DNA of 64,000 nucleotides from the NCBI GenBank assembly GCA_037445065.1, contig JBBILD010000006.1, positions 1 to 64,000 on the forward strand, read 5' to 3'. The stretch comes from Myxococcales bacterium. GTDB lineage: Bacteria; Desulfobacterota; Binatia; HRBIN30. Positions 32,530 through 42,419 of this stretch are shown piece by piece. The notes under the pieces are model-generated. The model worked only from the letters and a program-made list of their open reading frames with translations, had not been told where the DNA came from and did not search any database. The position numbers and the translations under genes are program-made. The first letter of the stretch is position 1. The number at the start of each line of letters is the position of its first letter.

Positions 32530-33099
32530 TCAGCGAGCACCGTTGACCAGCGTCATGAACTCTTCGCGCGTCTCTTGGTGGGTGCGAAACACACCGAGCA
32601 TCGCGCTCGTCACCACCACCGAGTTTTGTTTTTCGACCCCGCGCATGCGCATGCAGAGGTGTTCCGCGCGCAGCACCACACCGACGCCGAGCGGGTCGAG
32701 TTCCTCCATGAGAGTATTGGCGATTTGCGTGGTCATGCGCTCTTGCACCTGGAGGCGGCGGGCGTACACGTCCACCAGCCGTGCGAGCTTGCTGATGCCA
32801 ACGATTTTATGACGCGGGATGTAGGCAATGGTGGCCTTGCCGAAGAAGGGAAGAATGTGGTGCTCGCACAGGGAGAAGAAGTCTACGTCTTTCATGACGA
32901 TCATCTCCGAGTAGTCCTCGGTAAAGAGGGCGCCGTTGATGATCCGTTTCGGGTCTTGCTGGTAGCCTTGGGTTAGGAACGTAAGCGCACGCGCTACTCG
33001 GTGGGGCGTTTTCCGCAGACCTTCCCGCGATGGGTCTTCCCCGAGTAAACGCAGCAGGGTTGCCACTGTTTGTTCGAGAGTGGATGGCAGCTCGGACAT
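32530..33099 (-). CDS. folE: GTP cyclohydrolase I
   Basis: REGLRKTP.RVA, SLCEHH, GISKLAR, LQVQER, HLCMRMRG. Confidence 0.97.
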   Translation of the reverse strand: MSELPSTLEQTVATLLRLLGEDPSREGLRKTPHRVARALTFLTQGYQQDPKRIINGALFTEDYSEMIVMKDVDFFSLCEHHILPFFGKATIAYIPRHKIVGISKLARLVDVYARRLQVQERMTTQIANTLMEELDPLGVGVVLRAEHLCMRMRGVEKQNSVVVTSAMLGVFRTHQETREEFMTLVNGAR

Positions 33100-33376
33100 A
33101 ACCGGCACGTTAACGCATTCGCCCAACGAAGCAACAACGGCTGCCTACGTTCGGATGGGCCGATTGACCCGCCGGGTACCGGTTCTTTCTGCACGGGTGC
33201 GGCCCAACGAGCCGTCCACGTAGGGCTGCTGTGGCCCGCCGCGAGACGGCAGGCGCCAGCATCGCCGGTCCGGAACTATGGGACTGCACGCACCGGACCC
33301 CCTCGCTCAGCCTCCTGTCTTGCCTTTGAGCCGTGCAATGCTTCCCACAGGAGCGAACAAAGAGGGAGGCGGGCCC

Positions 33377-34423
33377 TTACGAGCCTACCGCGCCGTGCGG
33401 CGGGCGTCTTTCTTCCGAGCGGGCCCGCTGGTAACGCCGGTAGTCGTAACCGATGGCCATGGTGCGGAGCAGCGGATCCAACCCCCCGTCCCGCTCTCGC
33501 CGCAGAACCGTGAGGCGATCGATCCAGTTCTCGAACTCGTGCTCGAGGGCGGCCTCGCGCCCACTCTCGACAAATTTCCTGAGGCTGAGGGCGGCATAGC
33601 GAAAAGCGGAGAAGCGCAAGAGATTGGGAAAGGCATCCCACTCGGCCAGCGACAGTGCGCGAGTGCGATCGTACGGAGCCACGATTGCTTCGAACGGCGG
33701 CAGGTGGAAGCGGCCATCCGCGTAACAAAACAGATTCACGGCATTGGCCAAGTCGAGCAGGAAAGGGCCGCGCGCGTGGGGCTCGCAGCCGAGGACGAGT
33801 TGTACGCGCTCCTGGCGAAGACGAAAGCGCCGCGGTCCCAGTTCTCCGACAATGGGACCGCGCGGAAGCTTGGGGTCGAGCGCATCGCTGAGATACCGCA
33901 TTTCGTCGTCGAGCAAGCGTTGCACGCGTTTGTGGTACGGCGGCATCTGTTCGCGCAACTGCGCGTAAAGTTGCCAGGAACGTTCCGGCGCGTAGCGGAG
34001 TTCGCTGCCGCGCCGGTAGGCGCGGGCCGTAGTGTGGAATAGCGCCAGGCACTGCCCGAGGGCGGTAAGGTGCTCCCGCCGACTCGGGTCGAACTTGCCC
34101 AGCTCGCGACCCGGAAGGCGGTGCAGGGTAAATTTTGCCCCTTCCCAGTCGATCCAAAAGCGGCCGGCTCGGTCCGCCAGCGGCGGGTATGCAGGAAAGC
34201 CTTGCCGTTGCAAAAAATTCTGAAAATCCGCCTCGCGCTTGAGTTCGAGTTCGCTACGCTGTGGCTCGGGTCGCAGTGCAAAGCGGCCGCGGCCGGTTTC
34301 CAATAAGTGGGAACCGAGGTCTGCGTCGCTCAGGGGCCTCACCTTGAGGATGCGGCGCAACCCAAAATGGCTCGCGAGTACCGCAACGTCGAGACGGGGG
34401 CGTCGTTGTCCGCCTTCGTTCAT
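33377..34423 (-). CDS. Type II homoserine kinase (APH-fold)-like protein with degenerate catalytic motifs
   Basis: LLETGRGRFALR, GQCLALFH, LPRGP, LDLANAVN, YDRTRALSLAEWDAFPNLLR resemble type II ThrB; the HxD and DF motifs are absent. Confidence 0.7.
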   Translation of the reverse strand: MNEGGQRRPRLDVAVLASHFGLRRILKVRPLSDADLGSHLLETGRGRFALRPEPQRSELELKREADFQNFLQRQGFPAYPPLADRAGRFWIDWEGAKFTLHRLPGRELGKFDPSRREHLTALGQCLALFHTTARAYRRGSELRYAPERSWQLYAQLREQMPPYHKRVQRLLDDEMRYLSDALDPKLPRGPIVGELGPRRFRLRQERVQLVLGCEPHARGPFLLDLANAVNLFCYADGRFHLPPFEAIVAPYDRTRALSLAEWDAFPNLLRFSAFRYAALSLRKFVESGREAALEHEFENWIDRLTVLRRERDGGLDPLLRTMAIGYDYRRYQRARSEERRPPHGAVGS

Positions 34424-34476
34424 GAGTCACCGGCCCAATCCCCGGGGGATGTGTTGCCGACTCCCGAGTGGTCCGC

Positions 34477-34505
34477 AGCATGCCCTTTTTTTGTCCGTTA
34501 GTCAA
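34477..34505 (-). promoter_or_regulatory. Possible sigma70 promoter for the kinase-like gene and folE
   Basis: Minus strand TTGACT-17 nt-CATGCT. Confidence 0.45.
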
Positions 34506-34983
34506 GCAACTTTCGATTGAAGTTCGCCTTGCCTCAGGGCTGTGGACCAATGTTCCCGGCCTAAGTAAGCAGCGCTTGCATGGGAGCCGCCCCCGGTTTT
34601 CCTCATGGATCCGAGGTGCCAATGCGCATGGGAACACACGGGCGGGAGGTAGCGGGGGAAAACGACTCTCCCGATTTCACCGCCTCCCCCCGCCACCGCA
34701 CGGGATCTGGGAGCGTGGGGGTCATCCCGGCGGAATTTCCTGGACAACGCCGGCCACGAAAGGGTTTCCGCTACACAGGTGGCAAGACTGCTGGCCGAGC
34801 TGCGCGGCTCGGGGCAGGCCCGTAGGAAGCGCGGCGCGCGATGTTCGACGCCCCGCTGCTCCGGGCCCAGAGGCGTTTGCCGCCGCTCCCTGTGTCCTCG
34901 GCGAGCCTACCGATGAGCTGCCCGGCACCTGCAGCGTAAGACACCCCCAGGCTGGCGTCCCGGGGCTGTGGCTGCGTGCTCGC

Positions 34984-35748
34984 TTAGGGAATGCCGAGGA
35001 GTTTGTGGACTTGCGGTAAAACGCGCACGCAGGGGTGACCAGAGCGAGCACGCAGGAACAAAGCTTGGAGGCGAGCCGCAGAGGCAAGCGGCCGCCCGTC
35101 ATCGCCATGAACGGGCTGCAGGAAAATGGGGCTTGTGGGGCTTACCCGATGCACGAGTTCCACGGCGCGGTCAACCTCGGCCTCGACAGTCGCCTCATCC
35201 ACCAGGATTTTCACGTACACCTGTTTTGCTCGCGCCACGGCGAGGAACGCTTCGTGTTCGCTCCAGAAGGGGCGTTCACCGGAGTTACTGGGGAGCTTGA
35301 TGTCCATGCTGACCACGTCCACCCACGCGATGACCTCGTGCAGCGCCGATCCGTGCACTCCGGCAGTCTCGAGCAGCACGGGGCGCAGCTCCCGCGCCCG
35401 CGGCAGGAAGGAGGCCAGAAACCGCCACTGCGCGAGCGGCTCGCCCCCGGTTACGGCGATTCTCTGGATACTCGGCCGAGCCTCGAGGGTTCGCTCGACG
35501 ATCGCGGCGAGCTTTTGCTGTGCAATCGGATTGGGGACCTCCCGCGCTTCCTCCCCTGGCAAGTGCAGGTTGCAACTGTGGGTTCGGGTCAGGCTCCCAG
35601 GCGTGTCACAGTAGCGGCAGCGGAGGGGGCAGCCAGCGAAGCGTAAGAACAGGTGCTCCTCGCCCACTAGTGCCCCTTCTCCTTGAAAGGAAACGAACAC
35701 TTCGGAGAGATAGCCGCGAGGCTCAGAAGGCGGTGCGTGCGAGGACAC
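34984..35748 (-). CDS. queE: 7-carboxy-7-deazaguanine synthase (radical SAM)
   Basis: EVFVSFQGEG, FLRFAGCPLRCRYCDT, TGGEP, LET, MDIKLPS, FLQP, PQVHK. Confidence 0.93.
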   Translation of the reverse strand: MSSHAPPSEPRGYLSEVFVSFQGEGALVGEEHLFLRFAGCPLRCRYCDTPGSLTRTHSCNLHLPGEEAREVPNPIAQQKLAAIVERTLEARPSIQRIAVTGGEPLAQWRFLASFLPRARELRPVLLETAGVHGSALHEVIAWVDVVSMDIKLPSNSGERPFWSEHEAFLAVARAKQVYVKILVDEATVEAEVDRAVELVHRVSPTSPIFLQPVHGDDGRPLASAARLQALFLRARSGHPCVRVLPQVHKLLGIP

Positions 35749-35756
35749 GGGTGTTG

Positions 35757-37094
35757 TCAGCTAGCGGGTGGGTGTAGGATTGCAATCTTGAGATCCATGA
35801 CGTTGGTGGCCGTGGGGCCGGGGCGAAAGAGATCGCCTAATTTGTCAAAAAACGAGTACGAGTCGTTGTCGCGTAAGTAAGCGGTCGGGTCGAGCCCGAA
35901 TTGCTTTGCGCGGGCGGCACTGGAGCCATCCACGAATGCACCTGCCGCGTCGGTAGGACCGTCTATGCCATCGGTGCCGGCGCTGAGCACGCACGCTGGC
36001 AGACCCCGAAGCAGAGGCACCAGCGCCAGCGCAAACTCTTGGTTTCGCCCGCCTTTGCCGCGCCCGCGCACGCGAACGCTCGTCTCGCCGCCAGCCACGA
36101 TGACCGCGGGCGGAGAGCCCGGCCGCAGCTTTTTCAAGCGCGCGCGCAAAAAGCGGGCAAACGCGTTCGCCTCCCGCTCGCTTTCGTGCCGCAGCAAGCG
36201 GGGAAAAGCGGTTGCGCGCCAGCCGCGCTTGCGGGCCCACGCGAGGGCCGCCTGTTGCGCATCCTGGTTGGTGGCGAGGATGTGGTAGTGGATCCAGTTC
36301 GCCTCGGGGTCCGAGGGTTTGACCGTTTCCGGGATCAAACCAGCGGCTCCCGCCGCCAAGATTTGGCGCGCTGCTTCCGGGACCTCGCGCATGAGGCGAT
36401 AGCGACGCAGAATCGCGCGCGCTTGTTGGTACGTCGTTGGATCATAGAAGGTGGGTGCCGAGCCGATCACGGTCGGGTCGTCACCCGGCACGTCAGAGAT
36501 CGTCAGCGTGGTGACCGGCCCGCCGATGATCCGCAGGAGCTGCCCTCCTTTGATCAGCGACAAGTGCTTGCGGACGGTGTTGATTTCGCCCACGCTGGCA
36601 CCGCTGCGCAGGAGCAGGGAGTTGACGACTTGCTTGTCGCGCAGGGTGAGTGGTAGCCGTGGCGCAACCACTAGGCTCGAAGCGCCGCCACTCAGCAGGA
36701 AAAGCGTGCTGCCGCGAAACGGTGCGCGTGCCTGGCGGATGAGACTGCGCGCTGCCGCCACGCTACGCCAGTTGGGCACCGGGTGAGAGGCGGTGCGAAA
36801 CAAAAGCCGGCGCAAGCGAGCCCTCGTTGCGGCCGGCCCGACCACAAGCCCTCGCAGGTGCGTGGCAGGGACCACTTCCTCCACTGCTGCCGCCATGCGC
36901 CCAGCGGCCTTGCCGGCCCCGAGTACGCGCACGGGCAGTGGCAGCGCCATCGTGCCCGCCTGCGTGCGCACACACAGTTGCTTGCCGTCATAATGCAGCG
37001 CGTTCCTCGTGCAGGCCGCCGGGTCAACCCGTTCCAAGCTGGCGGCAAAGATTTGTTCGAGCGCCTGCCGGCAATTCTCGGCGAGCGGAGGCAC
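35757..37094 (-). CDS. Glycerate 2-kinase (MOFRL family)
   Basis: GAGKAA, HPVP, LSGGASSL, RKHLS..KGG, SDVPGDD, GGET, GGRNQE, GTDGIDG, TNVMD. Confidence 0.93.
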   Translation of the reverse strand: MPPLAENCRQALEQIFAASLERVDPAACTRNALHYDGKQLCVRTQAGTMALPLPVRVLGAGKAAGRMAAAVEEVVPATHLRGLVVGPAATRARLRRLLFRTASHPVPNWRSVAAARSLIRQARAPFRGSTLFLLSGGASSLVVAPRLPLTLRDKQVVNSLLLRSGASVGEINTVRKHLSLIKGGQLLRIIGGPVTTLTISDVPGDDPTVIGSAPTFYDPTTYQQARAILRRYRLMREVPEAARQILAAGAAGLIPETVKPSDPEANWIHYHILATNQDAQQAALAWARKRGWRATAFPRLLRHESEREANAFARFLRARLKKLRPGSPPAVIVAGGETSVRVRGRGKGGRNQEFALALVPLLRGLPACVLSAGTDGIDGPTDAAGAFVDGSSAARAKQFGLDPTAYLRDNDSYSFFDKLGDLFRPGPTATNVMDLKIAILHPPAS

Positions 37095-37120
37095 GCGCGA
37101 TGACCCTGCGCGCAGGGCGC

Positions 37121-37543
37121 TCAGCTCTCTTCTTCGTACTCGTTGTCGGTTAGGTGGCGGAAGGCGCGCTCGTCTTCATAGCGGCGCGTGAGCTTTTGCT
37201 CCCGTTCCTCGCGGGACTGGCAGTTCACACACAACCGCGTAAAGGGCATGGCGAGGAGCCGACCTTCCGCGATCTCCGCATCGCAGGACTCGCAGATACC
37301 GTAAGTCCCTTGCGCGATCCGCTCGAGCGCATCGTCAATCGCCTGCAGCTTCTCGCGATCGCGGTCGCTGAGCAGCAGGGAAATTTCGCGATCTCGCTCC
37401 TCGCTGGCGAGATCGTAGTTGTCCATACCGCCCTCTTGGAACGCCTCACGACCCTGCTGCGGATCCTTGCCGCGATCGCGCAGGAGTTCGCGTCGCATTG
37501 CTTCGAGTTTTTCACGCGCGGTTTTCAGGAACGCTTTGCGCAT
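37121..37543 (-). CDS. dksA: DksA/TraR family C4 zinc-finger protein
   Basis: DxxDxA acidic tip (DNYDLAS), GTYGICESC, RLLAMP..RLCVNCQ. Confidence 0.85.
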   Translation of the reverse strand: MRKAFLKTAREKLEAMRRELLRDRGKDPQQGREAFQEGGMDNYDLASEERDREISLLLSDRDREKLQAIDDALERIAQGTYGICESCDAEIAEGRLLAMPFTRLCVNCQSREEREQKLTRRYEDERAFRHLTDNEYEEES

Positions 37544-37575
37544 CGGGTTCCCCCTCGTCCGTTAAAGGGCGCGAG

Positions 37576-37604
37576 ACCATAAACGCAGGTCCGCTTGCTG
37601 TCAA
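37576..37604 (-). promoter_or_regulatory. Sigma70 promoter of the dksA-like gene
   Basis: Minus strand TTGACA-17 nt-TATGGT. Confidence 0.6.
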
Positions 37605-37770
37605 GAAACACGCATGTACAGCACACCGGCGAGTGCGGCAGGCCGCCCGCTCGCTCCGTCGAGTACGATGCCGGGCCAAGTCCCGTGCGGAGCGATCGGC
37701 CCTAACGCTCTTGACGAGCCGAGCAATTTGCAGGATCATGCTTGTCAGACTTTCTTGTGAAAGAGTGGAG

Positions 37771-37971
37771 ATGAAACGCGCTTTTGTGATGGCCTTGATC
37801 GTTGTTTTTCTGGCGAGTGCGCCACTTGCGATCCGAGCGCAAATGGGGCAAGGGGGTGCCGGCGAAACCACTACAGTGGAAAAGGGTGCAGCGAAGAAAC
37901 ACCACCACAAAAAGAAACACCACAAGAAGGCCAAAGCACAGAAAAAGAAAGCGGACGCGCAACAGTCGTAA
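37771..37971 (+). CDS. Small secreted Lys/His-rich protein (Asr-like composition)
   Basis: GGAG directly before ATG; signal peptide MKRAFV...AIRA; KKHHHKKKHHKKAKAQKKK. Confidence 0.7.
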   Translation: MKRAFVMALIVVFLASAPLAIRAQMGQGGAGETTTVEKGAAKKHHHKKKHHKKAKAQKKKADAQQS

Positions 37972-38779
37972 TCACCAACCGAGTTGCTCGGATCGAGAAG
38001 CGAGCAACGAGAAGCGAGCAAATGGAAGAGGCGCCATTCTGAAAGGCGGCTTCGTTTCTGGCGTTTCACACACTCTGCCAATTGGCGTATGTGGCCCGGG
38101 TGTGGCTCGGCCACTAGCGCGGCGATTTGCCGCCGGTCCTATCTTCGCGCGCGGAGGCCATCGTAGGGGTCGTTGAAGGAGACAGGAAGGGGAGGCCGAT
38201 TCTGGCCTGAGGCGCTGCTAGCCCTGGTTACAAGCTTGCGGGCGGATCTCCCGTGAAGGCCGGCCTCTCCAAGCCTCTGGAACGGGGTACCGCCTTCGCG
38301 GGATTTACGGTACGCGAACACGACCAGGCGGCGCGTATGCGACAGAGAAATTCCCTCTCTTCTTTTGCGAGCACCGGTGCGCCGCTCGGGTAGGCCCGCT
38401 GCGCGCTGTGATCGCCCGGAGACACGTTGTTGGTCGGGCCGTCGCAGCGCCATTCTCGCCTGGCGCGAAGACTGGGCTGGGACGGGGAAATCAGCAGTTC
38501 TTGCCAAGAGACGCGCGGCCAGGCCCGCAATCCCAATGGGCTTGTCTCAGGGGTAACTCCAGCTAGCACCCTTAGCTCGCCAAGCCACGACCGCGCCCGC
38601 GCAGGATTCCACACCGCGCGGTTACACAGCTCCCGTTTGCATATGGGCGGGTCGTGCACTGGCAAGCCAACGAGCGCGCACGCGCTCGCGCTGTGCGTTG
38701 CGGCTTTTAGGGCTTTCCGTTAGCGAATGGCCTCCTCTGGCGAGTGGAGTGGAAGCCCCGCCACGGAGTTGGGCGAACG

Positions 38780-41431
38780 ATGGCAGAGCTGAGTAAGACA
38801 TACGATCCGTCGCGCGTCGAGGACCGCTGGTACGCATTCTGGGAGGAGCACGGGTACTTTTACGCGGACGAGGAACGGCCCGGACCGCGTTTCAGCATCG
38901 TCATCCCTCCGCCCAACATCACGGGTACGCTGACTATGGGCCATGTCCTGAACAACACGCTGCAGGACATCTTGGTGCGTTTCAAACGTATGCAGGGCAT
39001 GGTCACTCTGTGGCTGCCGGGAACCGACCACGCTGGGATTGCCACGCAAAACGTGGTGGAAAAGCAGTTGGCGAAGGAGGGGCTCAGCCGCCACCAGTTG
39101 GGGCGCGAGGAGTTCGAACGGCGCGTCTGGCAGTGGAAGGAAAAGTACGGGTCCACGATTTTGCGCCAGCTCAAAAAGCTCGGGGCTTCGTGCGACTGGC
39201 GGCGCGAGCGGTTTACCCTCGATCCGGGTTTGTCTCGCGCGGTCCGGGAAGTATTCGTGCGGCTGTACGAGAAGGGCCTCGTGTACCGTGGCCAGCGGAT
39301 CATCCACTGGTGTGTTCGCTGCCACACTGCTTTGTCGGATGAAGAGGCGATCGTAGTCGAAGGCGGAGAGGCGGGCTTTTTGTGGTACGTGCGGTACCCG
39401 GCGGAGGATGGCGGCGCCGGGGTTGTGGTCGCAACCACGCGGCCCGAGACCATGCTGGGAGACACGGCGGTTGCGGTGCATCCTGAGGACGACCGCTACC
39501 GTTCCCTGCTGGGCAAGCGCGTGCGCCTGCCGCTCGTCAACCGGTTGATCCCGGTGGTCGCCGATCCCGCCGTGGACCCGCAATTCGGTACCGGGGCGGT
39601 CAAAGTGACCCCGGCGCACGACGCGGCCGATTTCGAGATCAGCCAGCGCCACGGTTTGCCCGCCCTCGTGGTGCTCGACAGCGAGGGCAAAGTCAACGAG
39701 AACGGCGGGCCGTACCGAGGGCTCGATCGCTTCACGGCGCGCAAGCGGATCGTGGAGGATCTGGAGAAAGAAGGCTGGCTCGAGCGGACGGAACCGTACC
39801 GCGTCCCCGTGCGCCGCTGCGAGCGCTGCCAGACCGTGATCGAGCCCTACCTCTCGACGCAGTGGTTTGTCCGCATGAAACCTTTGGCCGAGCCGGCCCT
39901 GGAGGCGGTCCGGCGCGGTGAGCTGCAGTTGATTCCGGGGCGATGGACCGGTGTGTACCTCCACTGGCTCGAGAACATCCGCGACTGGTGCATCAGCCGC
40001 CAGTTGTGGTGGGGGCACCGCATCCCAGTGTGGTACTGCGCGCGGTGCGGGAAAGAAACCGTGGCCCGCACGGATCCGCAGGTCTGCGCCCACTGTGGCG
40101 CGCGCGAGATCGAGCAGGACGCGGACGTCCTCGACACTTGGTTCAGCTCCTGGTTGTGGCCGTTTTCCACCATGGGGTGGCCCGAGCGCACCCGTACGCT
40201 GGAGCGGTTCTACCCGACCGATGTGCTGATCACCGGCGCCGACATTATTTTTTTCTGGGTGGCGCGCATGGTCATGGCTGGATACGAGTTCATGGGCGCT
40301 TGCCCGTTCCGGCAGGTATACTTCAACAGCATCGTGCGCGACCTCCAGGGGCGCAAGATGTCGAAATCGCTCGGTAACTCGCCCGATCCTTTGGAAGTCA
40401 TCGAGGAGTACGGCGCCGACGCCTTGCGCTTCACGATCGTGGTCTTGGCTCCGCCTGGGGAAGACGTTCGCTACGCGAAAGAGAAAACGGAACTCGGGCG
40501 GCATTTTGCCAACAAACTGTGGAATGCGGCACGGTTCGTCTTACGGGCGGTAGAGGACAGCGAGACTCTGGCCCCGCCAGATGTCTCCGCCCCGGACCTC
40601 GCCGCCGTGGACCGCTGGATTCTGTCTCGCCTGCAGCGGGTGGTGAGCGAAGTGCGCGCGGCGCTCGACGCTTTCCGCTTCAATGACGCGGCACTTGGGA
40701 TCTATCAGTTTCTGTGGCACGAGTACTGCGACTGGTACATCGAGATGAGCAAGTTGGCTCTTGCAGACCCTTCCTCACCAGCCCGCCCACTGGCAGCGCG
40801 CGTGCTCACCCACGTGTTGGAAACGTCTTTGCGCCTCCTGCATCCGGTGATGCCGTTTGTCACCGAAGAGCTGTGGCAGCACCTCCCGGTTTCAAAAGCC
40901 GCGCCGAGCATCATGATCGCACCATATCCCTCCGCGCAGGAAGAGTGGCTGAACCCGGAGGCCGAAGTGCAGGTGGAACGCCTGATGGGAGTGATCCGTG
41001 CGGTGCGGAACATCCGCGCCGAGTTGGGTCTGGTGCCCAACTTGCCTTTGCCAGTGCGCTTGCCGCACGCGGTGGACGAGCAAACCCTGCAGCTCGCCCG
41101 CCGCTACGCTCCCTTGCTCGCCAAGGCACGCGAGGTGGAGCGGCTCGCTCCGGGAGAGCATCCCAGCGGAGAGCCGTCGGCGCTGGTGGAGGGCGTGGGA
41201 GAGGTGTTCGTGTTGCTGCGCGGGCTTGTGGAAACGGAGGAGGTGCGTGAGCGGCTCGCGCGCGATCTCGCCAAGGTGGAAAAGGAACTGCAGCAGGTGG
41301 AAGGAAAATTGGCGCGGACGGACTTCGTGCAACGGGCTCCGGCGGAGGTGGTCCAGAAGGAACGCGAGCGCGCCAGCGCGTTGCGGAGTCGGGCGGCGAG
41401 TTTAGAGCGGCATCTGCAAGCGCTGCGCTAG
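38780..41431 (+). CDS. valS: Valine--tRNA ligase
   Basis: PPPNITGTLTMGH, GTDHAGIATQ, ATTRPET, DWCISRQLWWGH, KMSKS, C-terminal coiled coil. Confidence 0.98.
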   Translation: MAELSKTYDPSRVEDRWYAFWEEHGYFYADEERPGPRFSIVIPPPNITGTLTMGHVLNNTLQDILVRFKRMQGMVTLWLPGTDHAGIATQNVVEKQLAKEGLSRHQLGREEFERRVWQWKEKYGSTILRQLKKLGASCDWRRERFTLDPGLSRAVREVFVRLYEKGLVYRGQRIIHWCVRCHTALSDEEAIVVEGGEAGFLWYVRYPAEDGGAGVVVATTRPETMLGDTAVAVHPEDDRYRSLLGKRVRLPLVNRLIPVVADPAVDPQFGTGAVKVTPAHDAADFEISQRHGLPALVVLDSEGKVNENGGPYRGLDRFTARKRIVEDLEKEGWLERTEPYRVPVRRCERCQTVIEPYLSTQWFVRMKPLAEPALEAVRRGELQLIPGRWTGVYLHWLENIRDWCISRQLWWGHRIPVWYCARCGKETVARTDPQVCAHCGAREIEQDADVLDTWFSSWLWPFSTMGWPERTRTLERFYPTDVLITGADIIFFWVARMVMAGYEFMGACPFRQVYFNSIVRDLQGRKMSKSLGNSPDPLEVIEEYGADALRFTIVVLAPPGEDVRYAKEKTELGRHFANKLWNAARFVLRAVEDSETLAPPDVSAPDLAAVDRWILSRLQRVVSEVRAALDAFRFNDAALGIYQFLWHEYCDWYIEMSKLALADPSSPARPLAARVLTHVLETSLRLLHPVMPFVTEELWQHLPVSKAAPSIMIAPYPSAQEEWLNPEAEVQVERLMGVIRAVRNIRAELGLVPNLPLPVRLPHAVDEQTLQLARRYAPLLAKAREVERLAPGEHPSGEPSALVEGVGEVFVLLRGLVETEEVRERLARDLAKVEKELQQVEGKLARTDFVQRAPAEVVQKERERASALRSRAASLERHLQALR

Positions 41432-41564
41432 GAGGGGGAGCCATGGCTGTGTTCGTTCGTTCGTTGGGGATCGCGCGAGGGCGGGCGGCAACGAACGGGC
41501 GAACGTGTGGAAGCCCGCATACCGCGGGACCGTGCGGTGCCGATACCGCGGGGCGGAGAAGCGC

Positions 41565-42419
41565 ATGAGTCTGCTCGCCCTGCCCCAAGTGGGCGAATTG
41601 CTGCAGCGGGCTTTGGCAGAGGACCTCGGCTGGGGTGATTGGACCAGCACGGTAACGGTGGGGGCCGAGGTGCAGGGCAAGGGAGTCATCCGCGCCAAAG
41701 GGCACGGGGTGCTGGCGGGAAGCGAATTGGTGGAAGGCTTGGCCGAGCTTCAGCCGGGGGTGGTGGTGGTGTCGCGGCTTGCAGACGGAGCCGAACTCGC
41801 TCGTGGGACGGAGGTGGCTGTGCTGCGCGGGCCCGCGCGGAGCTTGCTCGCGCTCGAGCGCGTAACTCTCAATTTTCTCATGCACCTGAGTGGGGTGGCA
41901 ACGCTGACCCGCCAGTTCGTGCGCGCTGTGCAAGGAACCCGCGCGCGCATCGTAGACACGCGCAAGACTTTGCCGGGTTTGCGCCTGCTGCAAAAGTACG
42001 CGGTGCGTGTTGGGGGTGGCTCGAATCATCGCTTTGGCTTGAGCGACGGCATCTTGATCAAGAACAACCACATTACCGCGGCCGGCGGGGTGGCGACGGC
42101 CGTCCGGCTCGCCTTGGCAGCCGCCCCGCACACCATGCGGGTCGAAGTCGAGTGCCGCACCCTAGCCGAAGTGGAGGAGGCACTTGCCGCTGGTGCCAGC
42201 GCCATTTTGCTCGACAATATGTCGCTGGAGCAGATGCGTGAGGCGGTGCGGCGGATCGCTGGGCGTGCCCTGACGGAGGCCTCGGGCGGGGTTCGCTTGG
42301 ACAATGTCCGCGCCCTTGCCGAGTGCGGTGTGGACTTGATTTCGGTCGGAGCGCTTACCCACTCGGCCCCGGCAGTAGACCTGCACATGGAACTCGTGTG
42401 TGCACAGGAGGAGGCGTGA
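41565..42419 (+). CDS. nadC: Nicotinate-nucleotide pyrophosphorylase
   Basis: ALAEDLG, DTRKTLPG, HRFGL, EVEC, LLDNM, SGG, ISVGALTHS. Confidence 0.96.
   Translation: MSLLALPQVGELLQRALAEDLGWGDWTSTVTVGAEVQGKGVIRAKGHGVLAGSELVEGLAELQPGVVVVSRLADGAELARGTEVAVLRGPARSLLALERVTLNFLMHLSGVATLTRQFVRAVQGTRARIVDTRKTLPGLRLLQKYAVRVGGGSNHRFGLSDGILIKNNHITAAGGVATAVRLALAAAPHTMRVEVECRTLAEVEEALAAGASAILLDNMSLEQMREAVRRIAGRALTEASGGVRLDNVRALAECGVDLISVGALTHSAPAVDLHMELVCAQEEA

Noticed and set aside
32530..35748. folE plus queE considered as a 7-deazaguanine DNA-modification (dpd) island
   Set aside because: No dpdA/tgt-like, queC or queD genes in the window, and the context is housekeeping, so queuosine/folate metabolism is the simpler explanation.
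37972..38779. Long intergenic region before valS considered as a T-box, RNase P RNA or tmRNA
   Set aside because: GGGGTACCGCC only loosely resembles a T-box and no terminator follows. No GAGGAAAGUCC or tmRNA ends were seen.
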